From Anthoceros angustus (Eukaryota > Plantae > Anthocerotophyta), in the NCBI GenBank assembly GCA_010909165.1, contig VJWM01000119.1, forward strand, positions 248,001 to 312,000: DNA of 64,000 bases. Reading direction: 5' to 3'. Below, in pieces: positions 12,730 through 24,699 of this stretch (positions within the stretch are counted from its first letter, which is position 1; each line of letters starts with the position of its first letter). Below the pieces are notes generated by a model. It made no database searches. It was not told where the DNA came from and saw only the letters and a list, made by a program, of their open reading frames with translations. Made by a program: the position numbers and the translations under genes.

Positions 12730-13800
12730 CAGCTTATTCCAAGAGGCAGGCCATCACCAATAAAAACCACAGCCATCCATGTCCATTGCACCCAGAGAGT
12801 GTGAAAGACGGCAGCCCTAGCACCGGCCACCACTGGGTGGTGAGCCACACTCGACCAGAGAAGGGTTCAAGCCGAATAGGGCAGTGGACTCCGAGATAAC
12901 ATGAGGACCACTGCCCATCACCCTGCGGCGCACCTAACCTTGAATTTTGAGCCAAACCTGCCGAGCCAGATGTCACCCGTGGAAAAATTGGTTCACTTGT
13001 GTGATCCTGGCCAGAGTCGCAGACGATGCAGGAAGGGCACCACAATGCCTCAAAAAAGCTATTCCCGTGGTCAGAGTTGAGAAGAGCCGCTTGCATCAAC
13101 CTCCACAAAGTGCATCTGTGCTTCTCCAAAATACCAGGGCTCTTCCAGATAGTCTTCAGAATCCTGAAATGAACGGAGGACCTCACCTGCAGCCTGTTAG
13201 CCAAAGGCTTACAGTTCTCTGGCCGACTGCTGGCCACCAGCAGTTTGCACAGTAAGGAGGTGGATACATTTAAAATGACCTTGAGGCTTTGGCTCCCTCC
13301 GGTTCAACCTGTGGCCACCTCCACACACCGAACAAGACTCTGCAGAATTCCTGCTGGCTACATAACAGTTCGTCAAAGAGCCACCAGAGCTTGGAGTTCG
13401 AAGCCATGGAGGATCGTAACAGCCATAAGCCTAACCCTATCATGAGGAACCCCTCCCACGAACAAGGGCCAGACTGCCATGTTCATCGGGAAGAAACTGG
13501 TACAAGAACACAGAATCCGGGCATAGCATCTGACATAATTGCAGCTTGGCCCGGAGACCTGAAACTGAATGTGGATAATCCAGATAGGGTTCCAAGTGTC
13601 CCTGTTATGATCCCAGATGTCCGCAAGGGGGACAAATTGACAGTGCCTTGCCAGCAAGCGTTTCCGAGGTGCTGGGAGCCTCTACAGTGGCAGATTTCCA
13701 GAACTTGTCTAAAGCAAGCCCAAATGGAATTCCAAAGCGGGGACCCCATGGCGAGCTTAGCAGCGGGAGAAAAATATGTTTTGCAGCTGCTGAGCCCCGT
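12730..13800 (-). mobile_element. L1-type LINE 3' fragment (zf-RVT-like)
   Basis: FRILKTIWKSPGILEKHRCTLWRLMQAALL...CPSCIVCDSGQDHTSEPIF resembles the zf-RVT zinc-binding region of plant L1 elements. It is degenerate. Confidence 0.65.
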
Positions 13801-13979
13801 GTAAGCTGAACTGTAAAGCCTACATAACGTGTTTTTCGATTTTTAAGTCTCCATCTCCTCTTCCCGCACATAATGCGAATTGCTCGTGTGATAAGCACCT
13901 AGCTGGTGCGCTGCCTGTTGCTTTTCGATTTGTGGAGCCAAAACACTCTAGGCCGCTGGCGGTCATTATTATCTGACTT

Positions 13980-14833
13980 TTTCATCCTGTCTGAATTCGG
14001 TGCTGTTAGGATTCACGGTCTTCTTCTTGTAATGATCTACCAGCCTGACTCCTCTGCAGCTGCCATCACAAATCGTGGGAGCAGCAGTTTCTTGCTCAAT
14101 TTTGCTGGATGCTTGGAGAACGATTCGGTGACTTCAACATGGACTTGTAAGTGTTCACTGCATAGCTGTTCCACAGGCTGCTGGACGACTCTTTTTCCGT
14201 TTCCACCTACGGTTGGCTGACATGTTTTCTCTGGTTGGTGTGCAGGTTCTTTGGATTCGGGTTCCATTCTGCGTCCAGGTGAAGTCTGGCATTGTAAAAT
14301 TTGTAACGGCGCTTGTACGAAACAAGATGGTACAGTCAACCGCCGACTGGCAGATTTCTTGCAGCACAGTGTTCCAGCAAACACGAAGCTAGAAAAGGGA
14401 GTGTGGACGAGGGATGTGACTATTGATCCGGAGACAAAGATCTGAGCTCGTCTCTTCGTCCAGGTTGCTGCGGCCAGCACAGATCAGACCTCAGGAAGAA
14501 GGTTTCCGGTGGTGTTGTACTACCATAGAGGTGGATTCTGCTTTCTAACCCCCGGTTCCAAACGATATGATCGCTTCTGGAGAAGAATTGCGAGAGAATT
14601 GCCGGGGATATTCTCTTGCGGTTCGAAAACCAAACCCACCAATGATATCCGTGGCTGACACGGATTGCTACTGGAAGGCATTCCTTCCAGAAGATGCCAC
14701 CAGAGACCACTCAGCGTGCAACGTCTTCGGTCCGAATGGAACCGACATCCGTGGTGTCAACTTACCACCATCCTTCATTGCGTTTGCGGGGTGGGATATT
14801 CTGCTAGACCGGGACATCTCCTACGCACTGAGG
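13980..14833 (+). pseudogene. CXE pseudogene with internal deletion of the GDSAGG exon
   Basis: ATGGACTTgtaagt micro-exon at 14139, then DGTVNRRLADF..GVWTRDVTIDPET*, then ISVADTDCYWKAFLPEDATRDHSACNVFGPNG. It has a stop, frameshifts and no catalytic exon. Confidence 0.85.
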
Positions 14834-14844
14834 TAAAATAAAGG

Positions 14845-15190
14845 TTCAACTTCCTATACAACTTCTTGAGTGTGAAAGGCTTACAAATTTGACAGGGAAC
14901 CCAGCTCATAACTGCAGTGTAGACCAGGGACGCCGCGTTTCAGCCAAATCCCCGTAGGGAATAGCCCTAATTGACGAAATCGCTAGTGAACTTCAATTCA
15001 TACATCTCCCCAGAGCTAAAGCATCAAAGTGAAGTTGGTGTCACCTGAGGTGAGCCGTGAACTGTATTGGGCCTGGACACCGGTATTTATTCTCCTTTGC
15101 CCACACACACATCTCGGACGGCAGCAAACCTTTTGAAAGGTGCCCCATCGAGCTCACCCATTGTTCTTTCCCTTCACAGGTTTGTTCCTT
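14845..15190 (-). pseudogene. Inverted duplicate fragment of PFP-beta 3' CDS and 3' UTR
   Basis: Near reverse complement of ~7165-7500 (e.g. ggcctggacaccggtattt, catcaaagtgaagttggtgtc, ccagggacgccgcgtttcagccaaatc). Confidence 0.85.
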
Positions 15191-15329
15191 GGAAAGGCCG
15201 GGTGTGAACATTTGAGAAGGTAAGATTTCAAGGTTGAGACGGTGATTTATCTTGCTTATCTTGTTTGCATTGTCTTGAGCTGCTTTCTAGATCTCAGTCT
15301 TGTACTGGCTCCAAGCCATGCGTAAAACC

Positions 15330-16100
15330 TAAACGGGCCCAAGTCTCAGCACACCTGTGGGATTGGAAACATGACCTGGAATTTTCTCGCCGATTCTTCT
15401 CCAAAAACGATCATATGCAATGAAACCGTGGCTTAGAATACAGAATCCTCCTCCATGGCAAACAGCACCACCGGAAACGTCCTTCCCGAGGCCTGATGTG
15501 TGGTCTCCGCAGAACCGTGGCGAAGATGAACCACATTTGTCGCCTCGTCGACAGTCACATCCTGGCTGGCTTCGCGTTTGCTCGGACACGCCTCTCACAG
15601 AAATTTGCCAGGCGGCGGTTGATGTGCCATCCTTGTTTCGTGCCAGCCCGCTTACCATTTCATAATACCAAACATCACCTAAGGCATGGGAGGGGCAGCC
15701 TGGTTTCCATGACTTCTGCACAGCACCCTGTGAACATCATGTCTGGCAACTGCGAAACTAAAACTGGAAACGGAAGAAGAGCTGTCCAGCAACCTGTGAA
15801 AAAATGTGCGGTAGGCATTTCCTGGTCCATGTTGACGTCACCGAAATCATTCACCAGCCTCAAGCAGAATCGAGCAAGCAACTCGTGCCCCCGCCACCGC
15901 TGCTGAGATGGCTACGAGAAGATCGCGAATCCTAAGGCACCAAATTGAAACAGGATGGAAGACTAAGATAATCATCACCGGCGGCCTGTTGAGATTGTAC
16001 AAGAATTCGCGTCCGTCCAACCAAATTTGTGTAGTAAGGGAAAGAGATGAAGCAAGAATCGAAAATAAGTTTGCTCAAGTTGGGGAAACATCGACGTTGC
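15330..16100 (-). pseudogene. Degenerate CXE 5' half, head-to-head with PPO copy B
   Basis: MVSGLARNKDGT...CHGGGFCILSHGFIAYDRFWRRIGEK with frameshifts. The upstream region matches 8970-9350. Confidence 0.8.
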
Positions 16101-16344
16101 ACCTAACCCGCGTACTCCTCCATCCAATCGCTCCGCGAGGGACGGTTTGGCGTGTTCACTTGATTGTGTATTTCATGATCTCATACTTTGCCCAAGCGAA
16201 GTGAAATTTGTGATTTTGTGGCGTAAAGAATACGGTAACTCAACTCGATGCTACGTAATATAAAGAGGCACTAACGTGAAGAATGACATTCGTCAGGTTA
16301 GTATGGTAGTTGAGAGACTCCCAGCTTTGGATATTATCGTAAGA

Positions 16345-18021
16345 ATGAAGTTCTTAAACAAGTTTTTGTGTATGGTCTTTTGTAGTTGTTTATGTGTTTT
16401 GTTTGGAGATGCTGATCCCATTTTAGCTCCTAAATTTTCAGAATGTCTCGATGATGCATGTTGTCCTTCAAAGAGTTATGAGAATTATACTCTTCGGTTT
16501 ACGAATCCAACTAGAAAAGAACTTCCAACAATTCGGGTACGACGTGCTGCACATCTTTTGACTATTGCAGAGCAAGAACGACTTGCCAAAGCTTATGAAT
16601 TAATGCGAGCTCTTCCAGATGAGGATCCTCGAAGTTTGGAGCAACAACGAAGGATCCATTGTGCCTATTGTACTTTGCAATTTCCTCTTACATGGACGGA
16701 TCCGAGCACGGGTGACCTAGCAAGGTGGCAGATTCACTACACTTGGTTCTTTTTCTCTTGGCATCGTTGGTATCTTTACTTTCATGAGCGGACCCTTGCT
16801 TCCTTATTAAATGACACCACATTTGCATTGCCCTATTGGAATTGGGATAATCAAGATGTTGCGTCTCTTCCGAATGCATTTCCAGCTCCATATGAAATTT
16901 ATGATTCCTTGAAAGATGTGCATCGGAATCCGAACCACGTACGGCGTGCCATTGCTAATCTCACTTTCCAAGAGGAATCGGATGAGACTCCTCCTTTTGT
17001 TTCCAACCCGCAAAACAACACACAGGGGTTGCGCACGAACAACTTAGCCACCTTACACTTGGCTATGGTCACAAGTGCCACCACAAGGTTGTTATTTCAT
17101 GGGCAGCCCTTTCGATCTGGGGATCCAACCATCACAGAAGCTTTAGCATCTGGACAAGGATTGGTAGAAGCAAGTGTGCATGACTCTGTACATTCTTGGA
17201 CTGGCAATCTCTATGAGCAGGACAACATCGATATGGGGTCTCTTGCTTTTAGTGGAAAGGATCCGCTATTCTACATACATCATGCCAACATTGATCGCTT
17301 GTGGAATGTATGGAAAAGCTTTGGCGACTGGCGGGTGGATATCAATGACCCGGATTATCTTAATACAGAGTTCCTTTTCTATAACGAAAAGGCCGAGCCT
17401 GTCATTGTTAAAGTCAACCAAAACTTGAACAGTGAAACTCAACTTCGCTACAAATATGAGAAAGCGCCTAACAATAGTGATCAAAAGTGGTATAAATTCA
17501 AGCCCAAAATTTGCTCAAAGTTTGCATCTACTCATGATAGACTAGCTTGGATAAACTCTCTACCATTATATGACAATTCTAGTGTTCAAGTTGTTTGGGG
17601 TTCTCCTGCTGTGTTACGACTTAAACGACCAATAAGTAGTCAAGCTATTGGCAACTCCAATGTGACGGAAAATGCTAAGGCCAAGATTGTCAACTCACAA
17701 GAAGAAGTGCTTGTCTTTGAGGGTATGCAAATGGATTGGTACAAGCCCGCCTTGGTCCGCGCCTTTCTGTTGTTTCCTAATGCTTCAGAAGCAGAGAGCA
17801 ACTTGAGTTGTGCAGAGTTCTCTGCTGTATATGACAATCTCCCGAATACAATTCCTGTTGGCAACAGGACACTATGCCGTGTTGGATTGAGTCTTAAGCT
17901 AGAGGAACTAGGTGCTAGCAAGTTAGATGAGATTGTTGTGACCATTGTTGCAGGAATCCAACATACATCGGACAATCCAATTACTATAGGCAAAGCATAC
18001 ATCTCTTATGAATATGTATAA
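16345..18021 (+). CDS. PPO: Polyphenol oxidase copy B, intact, intronless, with a predicted secretory signal peptide
   Basis: MKFLNKFLCMVFCSCLCVLFGDA|DPILAP, CuA HCAYC..HYTWFFFSWHRW, CuB HDSVH..DPLFYIHHANIDRLW, DWL-like DPDYLNTEFLFY and EEVLVFEG. A TATA-like TATAAA lies at ~16259. Confidence 0.95.
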   Translation: MKFLNKFLCMVFCSCLCVLFGDADPILAPKFSECLDDACCPSKSYENYTLRFTNPTRKELPTIRVRRAAHLLTIAEQERLAKAYELMRALPDEDPRSLEQQRRIHCAYCTLQFPLTWTDPSTGDLARWQIHYTWFFFSWHRWYLYFHERTLASLLNDTTFALPYWNWDNQDVASLPNAFPAPYEIYDSLKDVHRNPNHVRRAIANLTFQEESDETPPFVSNPQNNTQGLRTNNLATLHLAMVTSATTRLLFHGQPFRSGDPTITEALASGQGLVEASVHDSVHSWTGNLYEQDNIDMGSLAFSGKDPLFYIHHANIDRLWNVWKSFGDWRVDINDPDYLNTEFLFYNEKAEPVIVKVNQNLNSETQLRYKYEKAPNNSDQKWYKFKPKICSKFASTHDRLAWINSLPLYDNSSVQVVWGSPAVLRLKRPISSQAIGNSNVTENAKAKIVNSQEEVLVFEGMQMDWYKPALVRAFLLFPNASEAESNLSCAEFSAVYDNLPNTIPVGNRTLCRVGLSLKLEELGASKLDEIVVTIVAGIQHTSDNPITIGKAYISYEYV

Positions 18022-18180
18022 GATTCTAGATTTGGATAATGTCACACTTGGGGGAGATGGACAATCCAACAAACACCGGACAATCCAATTACTATAGGCA
18101 AAGCATGTATCTCTTATGAATATGTGTAAGATTTTAGATTTGGATAATATCACACTTGGGAGATGAAAAATCCAACATAC
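17956..18180. repeat. ~108-bp tandem duplication of the PPO-B stop region
   Basis: gacaatccaattactataggcaaagcat..atctcttatgaatatgt.taagatt.tagatttggataat.tcacacttggg at 17971 and 18079. Confidence 0.85.
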
Positions 18181-18614
18181 AATAGTTGTTGTTAGAAAGA
18201 TAATTTATATTATTTTTATTAAAATATATAAAGAGTCCTATATCTTTATTCTGTAAGAAGAAAATATAAAAATAGGTCTTTTTATCATCTCCCGTTGTTG
18301 ACTAAAGGTACCCAAAATCAAAGCTGTGCACATACGCTCCAGAACCTTACAGGCGTGCTCGGACCGGCGTAATTGGGTTTATCCCAAGTGGCAGAGCCGA
18401 GTTTAGCCAGAGCCCGAGTTTAGCCAGAGGGCTTACGTTTTTGCAAAGCCCACACAAAAGGGTGGCTCTTTACCGCTGACGCCGCACAGCCTACGAAACG
18501 CCCAGTTCAATTCGGGGTCTCAACTTGAGTACACAAGGGATAGGAAACCACTTCGGCATGAATAATGGCTGAAATGGAGATTGCTGCGATGTGCTGGCCT
18601 AGGTTTTCGAGGCC

Positions 18615-19340
18615 CTAATCATCTTGCGTGTTCAGAAAGCCACCAATGAATCCAGCACCGTTGCACTCTCCGCAGAGCATTTGTTTCTTGCCCCTGTAGG
18701 ATCACGTCGACACACCCGAGGAGAAAGGTAAACTTAGGCTTAGAGAGATATCACCTGCAGGGCTCGAGGGAGGTGCAGAGCGAATGAATACATCATACCT
18801 ACACAGCCCGCAAATTTGGCCTGCTTCGAACCGGCCATTAAAGTGATCCGCCGCATTCACGCCTCTCCTATACACTGGGAGCACACAAAAGCCCCTGCAA
18901 ACATCAACAAGAGTTTTTGAGCACTGACGAGCAAGCAGAAACCCTAGACTGGCGTCAATGAACACTCACCGTTCTGCAGTTTGTGCAAAGAATGCTTTTG
19001 GTTTCACTCCCGACTGCGAGGTCGTCTGCACAACTGGACACCAGTATCCGAAGTATTCACTGAATGCATCCACTCTGACACAGCAGACAGCAATGCTGCA
19101 CATCTGCTAAACCTCACCTTCAAAAACAATCTCACCCTGAAACAAGCCGCCTGCGCACCTGAAACTCATCCCCCTGCGCATAGGCCCTCGTACAAGGCCG
19201 GGCTCCACGAGGCCTCACGCCAACGGACCGCAACTCTGCAGCACGGCATTCCCTGAATCCCTGACCACCGAATCCCACGCCGCCGGGAGAGGTCCGAAGC
19301 GCCACCCTGTGCCAGTCGCTGCGCCTACGGCTGCCGCCAT
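18615..19340 (-). CDS. BSD2: BUNDLE SHEATH DEFECTIVE 2 (DnaJ-like zinc-finger Rubisco assembly chaperone), 4 exons, apparent frameshifts
   Basis: The spliced C-terminus reads GVNAADHFNGRFEAGQICGLC|RGKKQMLCGECNGAGFIGGFLNTQDD*. SILCTNC and VCSQC lie in shifted frames, and a transit-peptide-like start MAAAVGAATGT is at 19340. Confidence 0.85.
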
Positions 19341-19932
19341 CGCCTCCGCTGCCGTCCCTGCGCTTCCCGCAAGGAGGAAAACATCGAATGGGAAAGAATC
19401 GCGATTCTGTGCGGCCGGGTGGATAAGAATCTCCAATAGTTCAGTTCGAACTCCGTCACTCTCTGTGCGCAATCAAGGCGCGAGGCAGACGCAAGAACGG
19501 CACCCTGTCCTGCTCCTGCTCCCGCCAAATCAGTCGCTGGAGTCTCTGCATCAGTCGCGGTAGGGGGCGCTTTCCATTTTGCTTTTCGTTTTCTGTCAAT
19601 GTAGATTCAGTCCAATTGCCAGTGTGGATGCCGATCCGTAGGAACCTCGTCTTCTTGCTGCGGGATCTGAAGCGCTCCGTTGTTGCTGGCAAGATTTTCG
19701 CAGAGCGTGACGAGAGTCGGATCTTGGATTTCCGGAATTGCCTCTGAGGAATTCTCCTGCTATCAGGCTGCGTGCAAACTCTCCACCGTCTCGGTATCTA
19801 GCGCGTTAATTGACTTGTGAGTGAGTTCGTCTTGTCGCTACTCACCTTGTCACAAAGCAGACTGTAAATTGCGAGAGAAAGTTTCTTGACAAGCTCCAAA
19901 TCGGACCTTTTGCTGCTTCCGTAGAGGCAGCC

Positions 19933-21830
19933 ATGGGAAAGGTTTACCCCACCGTGAGCAGCGAGTACAATGTCGCTGTTCAGAAGGCTCGAAGGAAACT
20001 CCGGGCTCGCATAGCTGGTACTCGGGCAATTTCCAGGCGTGTTTTCCATCAAGTATTTTGAGTGTCTCAGATGAGAATCGGTGGCCTGACTAGGTCGTCT
20101 GTGCACTGCTTTGGGGGGACAGAGAAAAACTGTGCTCCAATTATTCTTCGACTTGCGTAAGTGGCATTACAGACCTAATGCAAGTATTTTAGCTGCCGGC
20201 CGCAGATTCATACAGGGCCCTGAAGTCATGGTCCTTGAATGTGATGGTGGAGCAGGTGGCATGGAGCTGGGACATATGACTGCAAGACCAGAACTGGAGG
20301 CCCTTTTGGCACCATCCGGTGTCCGGAGGAGCTTGGGCACGAGGCTAACAAGGGTCTTGATATTGCTGTTGAGCTTCTTGAACCTGTGAAGAAGCAATTT
20401 CCAATCCTTACTTATGCAGATTTCTATCAGGTGTGTCTCCCATCTTCAGCCCTCTTCCCTCTGCCACCGGGTTCATGTTATGACTGGAGATCACAATAAA
20501 AAAATCTCTCAATGCAGCATTGTCCTGTTGTGAAGGGTCCTCTCCATACTTGGTTTTATCTATCTGGCTAAAGTGACATTCACAACAGTACGATGGCATG
20601 CACATCCCCACAAGAACTTTCCTGGTTCTTGGTAGCAGATATTCCTGATGTAGCCTACATGTCACAGTTCCTGAACCATTGCGCAGTGACATGCGGACAT
20701 TTTAATAACGAGAAGTGACCGCATCCTTGAGATGCAGCTTGCGGGCGTGGTTGCTGTTGAAATAACTGGTGGACCCGAAATTCCATTCCACCCGGGCCGA
20801 CAGGTTCTGCACACTTTTACCCTAAACCCATGTGATGTTGGCACCTTTGGATTTCTGGATAGTTTTCTTTGAGAACACAGCTGAGCCATGGGATAATCTC
20901 TTGGCGCAGGATCTGACAACTGTCCCGGAAGAAGGTCGATTGCCCGATGCAAAGAAAGGTACAGACTTGTCTCATATTCCTGTCCTTGTCATTGACGTAT
21001 CCTACTCGTTGGAGTTCCTGAGGCTGGAGGCAGTAGGTGGCTGACTCTTTATTACTTCTTGGTTGCTGCTGGTGAGACTGCAGGGGCAGACCACCTGCGA
21101 GAGGTGTTCGGTCATATGGGCTTGAACGACAATGAAATCGTTGCTCTGTCCGGGGCCCACACTCTTGTATGAACTGAATCAGTGAAGACTGTGTTAGCAA
21201 TTAGTCACTGCAGGAGCCCGAAATAGATGATCATCCCCCTCTGACATGCCACTGGTGTTTGGCAGGGACGATGCCATATGGAGCGGTCAGGCTTCGAGGG
21301 CCCTTGGACAGAGAACCCCCTCTACTTCGATAACACCTTCTTTCTGTGAGTCCATTCGTCTACAGGATTGCACCTGGATTTGGTTGAGGCTTTTAACGTT
21401 CACCAAACTTGTGACAGAGAACTGCTGTCAGGGGAACGTGAAGGAATCGTGCAGCTGCCTACAGACAAGACCCTGGTTGAGGACCCTGGTTTCCGTACGT
21501 ATGTTGAGCTCTATGCCAAGGTGCACATCGAAACTCATCCTTCAAGTGGGTTGCAACTTCCAGAAAAAAAGTGAACTAAAAGCACGTCCCTCAATACAGG
21601 ACGAGGATGCCTTCTTCGCGGACTACGCCGAAGCCCACTTGAAACTATCCGAGCTTGGGTGCGTGTCTGGACTGGGTTGTAGTGGGCATCTCGTCTGTAA
21701 CTCTGTGGCATCAATATGTCTGACCAATCAGGTTGTTTGGCTCGACAGGTTTGGTGACGAGGGACAACAGGGTACTTGTACCTCTGGAAGCTGTGGCGCC
21801 CCACCAGTGCCCACAAACCCGCCTACCTGA
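19933..21830 (+). CDS. APX: L-ascorbate peroxidase (cytosolic-type N-terminus), 10 exons
   Basis: [88 protein letters not shown] and [13 protein letters not shown]. Junctions are GT-AG. Confidence 0.94.
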
Positions 21831-23481
21831 AGCACTGCTGTTTTAGCTCAGTGATGACAACAAGCCAACAGGATAAGCCAACAGGCAAATACGTCTAACT
21901 CGTCACGCAATAACGTCCTACCCCTCAAACCTTTGGCCTCCAATTTGCTTCCTCCAATTCCCAGCGACGCTGGGTTCCTAGGACAACCCGAGCGTGACGC
22001 TAGGGCGGCGGCGGCGTGAGGAAATCGGTAGGAGACACGTGGGCGACTTGAAAATTTGAGCCAGGGCAAGGCGATTGGCCGTAACAGGGAGACCACTAAC
22101 CTGCCGCCATCCTCGTCACCGTCGTCCAGTAGCGAGCTTGGACATAGTTTGCGGATGCCCAAGACAAAACGGGAGCTCCAAGTGTTGACTAAGCGTAAGC
22201 CAGCGACGTGGCCCTTTTCCCTCCAGTTCCGCAGCATATACAGCATATTAGGAGCGAGTGTGTGGCCCTTACTCCGCCCTCCCTGCATGGCCTGCGTTGT
22301 AGCCATGAGCGACCCGGTCATCGTTGACGCCTTCTTGCTTGATTAGGTGGAAGCTCCTGCCGGGAGCGATGCACTTGGTGAGCTGCAGTGCCCTATTCAT
22401 GTAGATGCGCATCCAATGGGGACCACGGCCCGCCCCTTCGAACTCTGAGCGAAGGGTCACCTGGTGTTGTTTTCATCCCTTCGGAATCGTGGAACACAAG
22501 CACATTCCTCCTAAAGCTTCTATGCCTCCAAGTCTTTTGCTTTTACAATTCTCATGGTTTATGTATTTGATTTATTTTCTATTACATTTATAGCTTAAAA
22601 ATTATCTTTCTATAAGTGCTTCATATTTATGAATCACTTTGTCATGCTCTTTGACATATGTGACAATGAAATAAGAGATCAGAAATTCACACACCTAGGT
22701 AGAGAAAAGCTTTGCAAAAACTAAATTTAGAGAATAAATACCGATCTCAATAGATGATAATCACATTTCTATAGGTATAAGAAGTTTAATCATAGTTTAA
22801 AAACTCTTATTTCATTCTTGTTTTAAATGTATCAAAAGCAAAAACAAAGTCTTGCATACGGATAAGGATTTGAATACACTTTCAAATTCAAAACATAGTT
22901 CTCAATGAATAATAGGATTAACATTACATTGAATTTTAAGTTTTGGTGTTTATGGGTTAGAATTTTAAACCACAAAAAAATAGATTGAACATGTCTGGAT
23001 AAGTGAGATATACTGAATATAACTTTTGTTTAGTTAACATAAGTAAATTATAGCAAATTGCACCCTCTAACACTCTACCATTTAAAATGCAATAAGTGAA
23101 ATGATTACCATTAGCCTAGAGTTTTCAATTGTATCTGTATGGTTGGCTCTAAGGCAGCTCTTGTGGCTATCATGACTCTTGAGCCATTTTATTGGTCTTT
23201 TGCTCGGTATTGCACATAAGAAGATTGTTCATATGTTCGTTATATCTTTGCATATTTTAATATCTTTAGTTTTAAAAACATTATCAATTACAATGTATGA
23301 ATTGAGTCATTTCAATCATAGTTGAAGATTCTTTACTAAAATATGTTTTAAAATAAAAGATTGCAAAGTCAAACATATTTCAAAATTCTTTGTTTGATGT
23401 TCAAATGTATATTTCTTATCAATTTAAATATACTATGGTACTATGTTTGTCAATCTATCAAATGATTGTGTGATGGACTAA

Positions 23482-23720
23482 GTGGCCACTTCCGCCAACT
23501 CAGGCAGAGGAAGTATTCGTCCCCTGCGCCAATCGCCACTTCCGCCAACTCGGGCGGCGAAAGTATTCGTCCGCTACGCCAATTAGAGCTGTACGAACGG
23601 CCATCCATTACGCTAGCCAAGAGTAGGACCACGTAACAGCTATTCAGCCACTCTTGACTAGTGTGATGGACGGCCGCTCCACCAAATGGTTGTTATGAGG
23701 TTTGACCACGTAACAGTTAT
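23482..23720. repeat. Short GC-rich tandem/dispersed repeats in AT-rich DNA (transposon-subterminal-like)
   Basis: gccacttccgccaactc...aagtattcgtcc..cgccaat occurs twice (~50 bp), and gaccacgtaacag.tattc occurs twice. Confidence 0.5.
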
Positions 23721-23799
23721 TCGATCTAATCACCCGCGGCTATTTTGTATTTTATAAATGAAAGTTGTATCCGTGGTATAGATAGATAGATAGATAAAT

Positions 23800-24330
23800 T
23801 AATTTATTACAGGCAATATGTAACCAAGTTGGTAGATGTCATAATCTCCTGTGGTTCCTTCACGTCTTGTATTTTGATTGAATGCCCGCTCTATACATTT
23901 AGGCCTAGAGTTGCAAAGGTATGTGTGGTTTCTCCATCTCACAGACACAATTGATGTACTACCGGTTGTATAGACGTCCTTAATCCATTTTCAGTTGATG
24001 TACATGTGTTCCTCGTGATAGCGCTTCTTCTCTTCTTCTGTCAGAACTTTGAAGGCAAGCTTCTTCTTGGCTGCGTTGGCTCTCAGCGTTCATTTAGATC
24101 TTGAAGGCTCGACTATATTTAGATCTTTATACTTGTTGTTGCCATAATTAATCGTCGGTCTCATCGCCTCCACCAGGGTGTCTGGACTTGTTTATTTCAC
24201 ATCAACCCTTCAAGCTCATAGTTCAATCCGTCAATAAACTTCTCAATCTTTTGCTCTTCGTCAAGGCATGGTAAATCGAAGGTTAGTTGAAGGAACCTAT
24301 CACAATACCTATGCACTACATCGAAGTTTA
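23800..24330 (-). mobile_element. Ty3/gypsy gag relic
   Basis: The minus frame reads VHRYCDRFLQLTFDLPCLDEEQKIEKFIDGLNYEL, resembling a retrotransposon gag domain. Confidence 0.6.
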
Positions 24331-24699
24331 TTGGATATCAATATGGGTCTGGGGGAAAGAACTCGCACAAGGGAGTACGGCGCGCCCATAAAAATAGGAC
24401 AATAAGTTGTGCTCTAAGACCCTCGCCTTGCTTATGTTGGTTCCTTCATATGCAACATTTGAACCTTTAGGTGGAGGAGTAGGATCTCTCCAAAAAACTA
24501 GGACTTGTTTTTTGGATCGCAATAATCGTTAAACCAATTCTACAAGTGTGTCTAAACGTAAATTAATTTGGCATGTAACATGCAGAAAATATGAAAATGA
24601 CACTAAAAAAGGCCTAGACCATAAAACCTAAAAAACGTTAACATCATCTGGAAACAAAAAAGATAGATATCCAATTAAAGATTGAGCTACCAGTTGCAT

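Noticed and set aside
19213-19217. In-frame TGA as selenocysteine or readthrough in BSD2
   Set aside because: Land plants lack Sec machinery, and the same gene shows other frameshifts, so an indel is the simpler explanation.
21848-22593. GC-rich ORFs downstream of APX
   Set aside because: No motif or consistent splice structure was found, so I cannot support a gene call.
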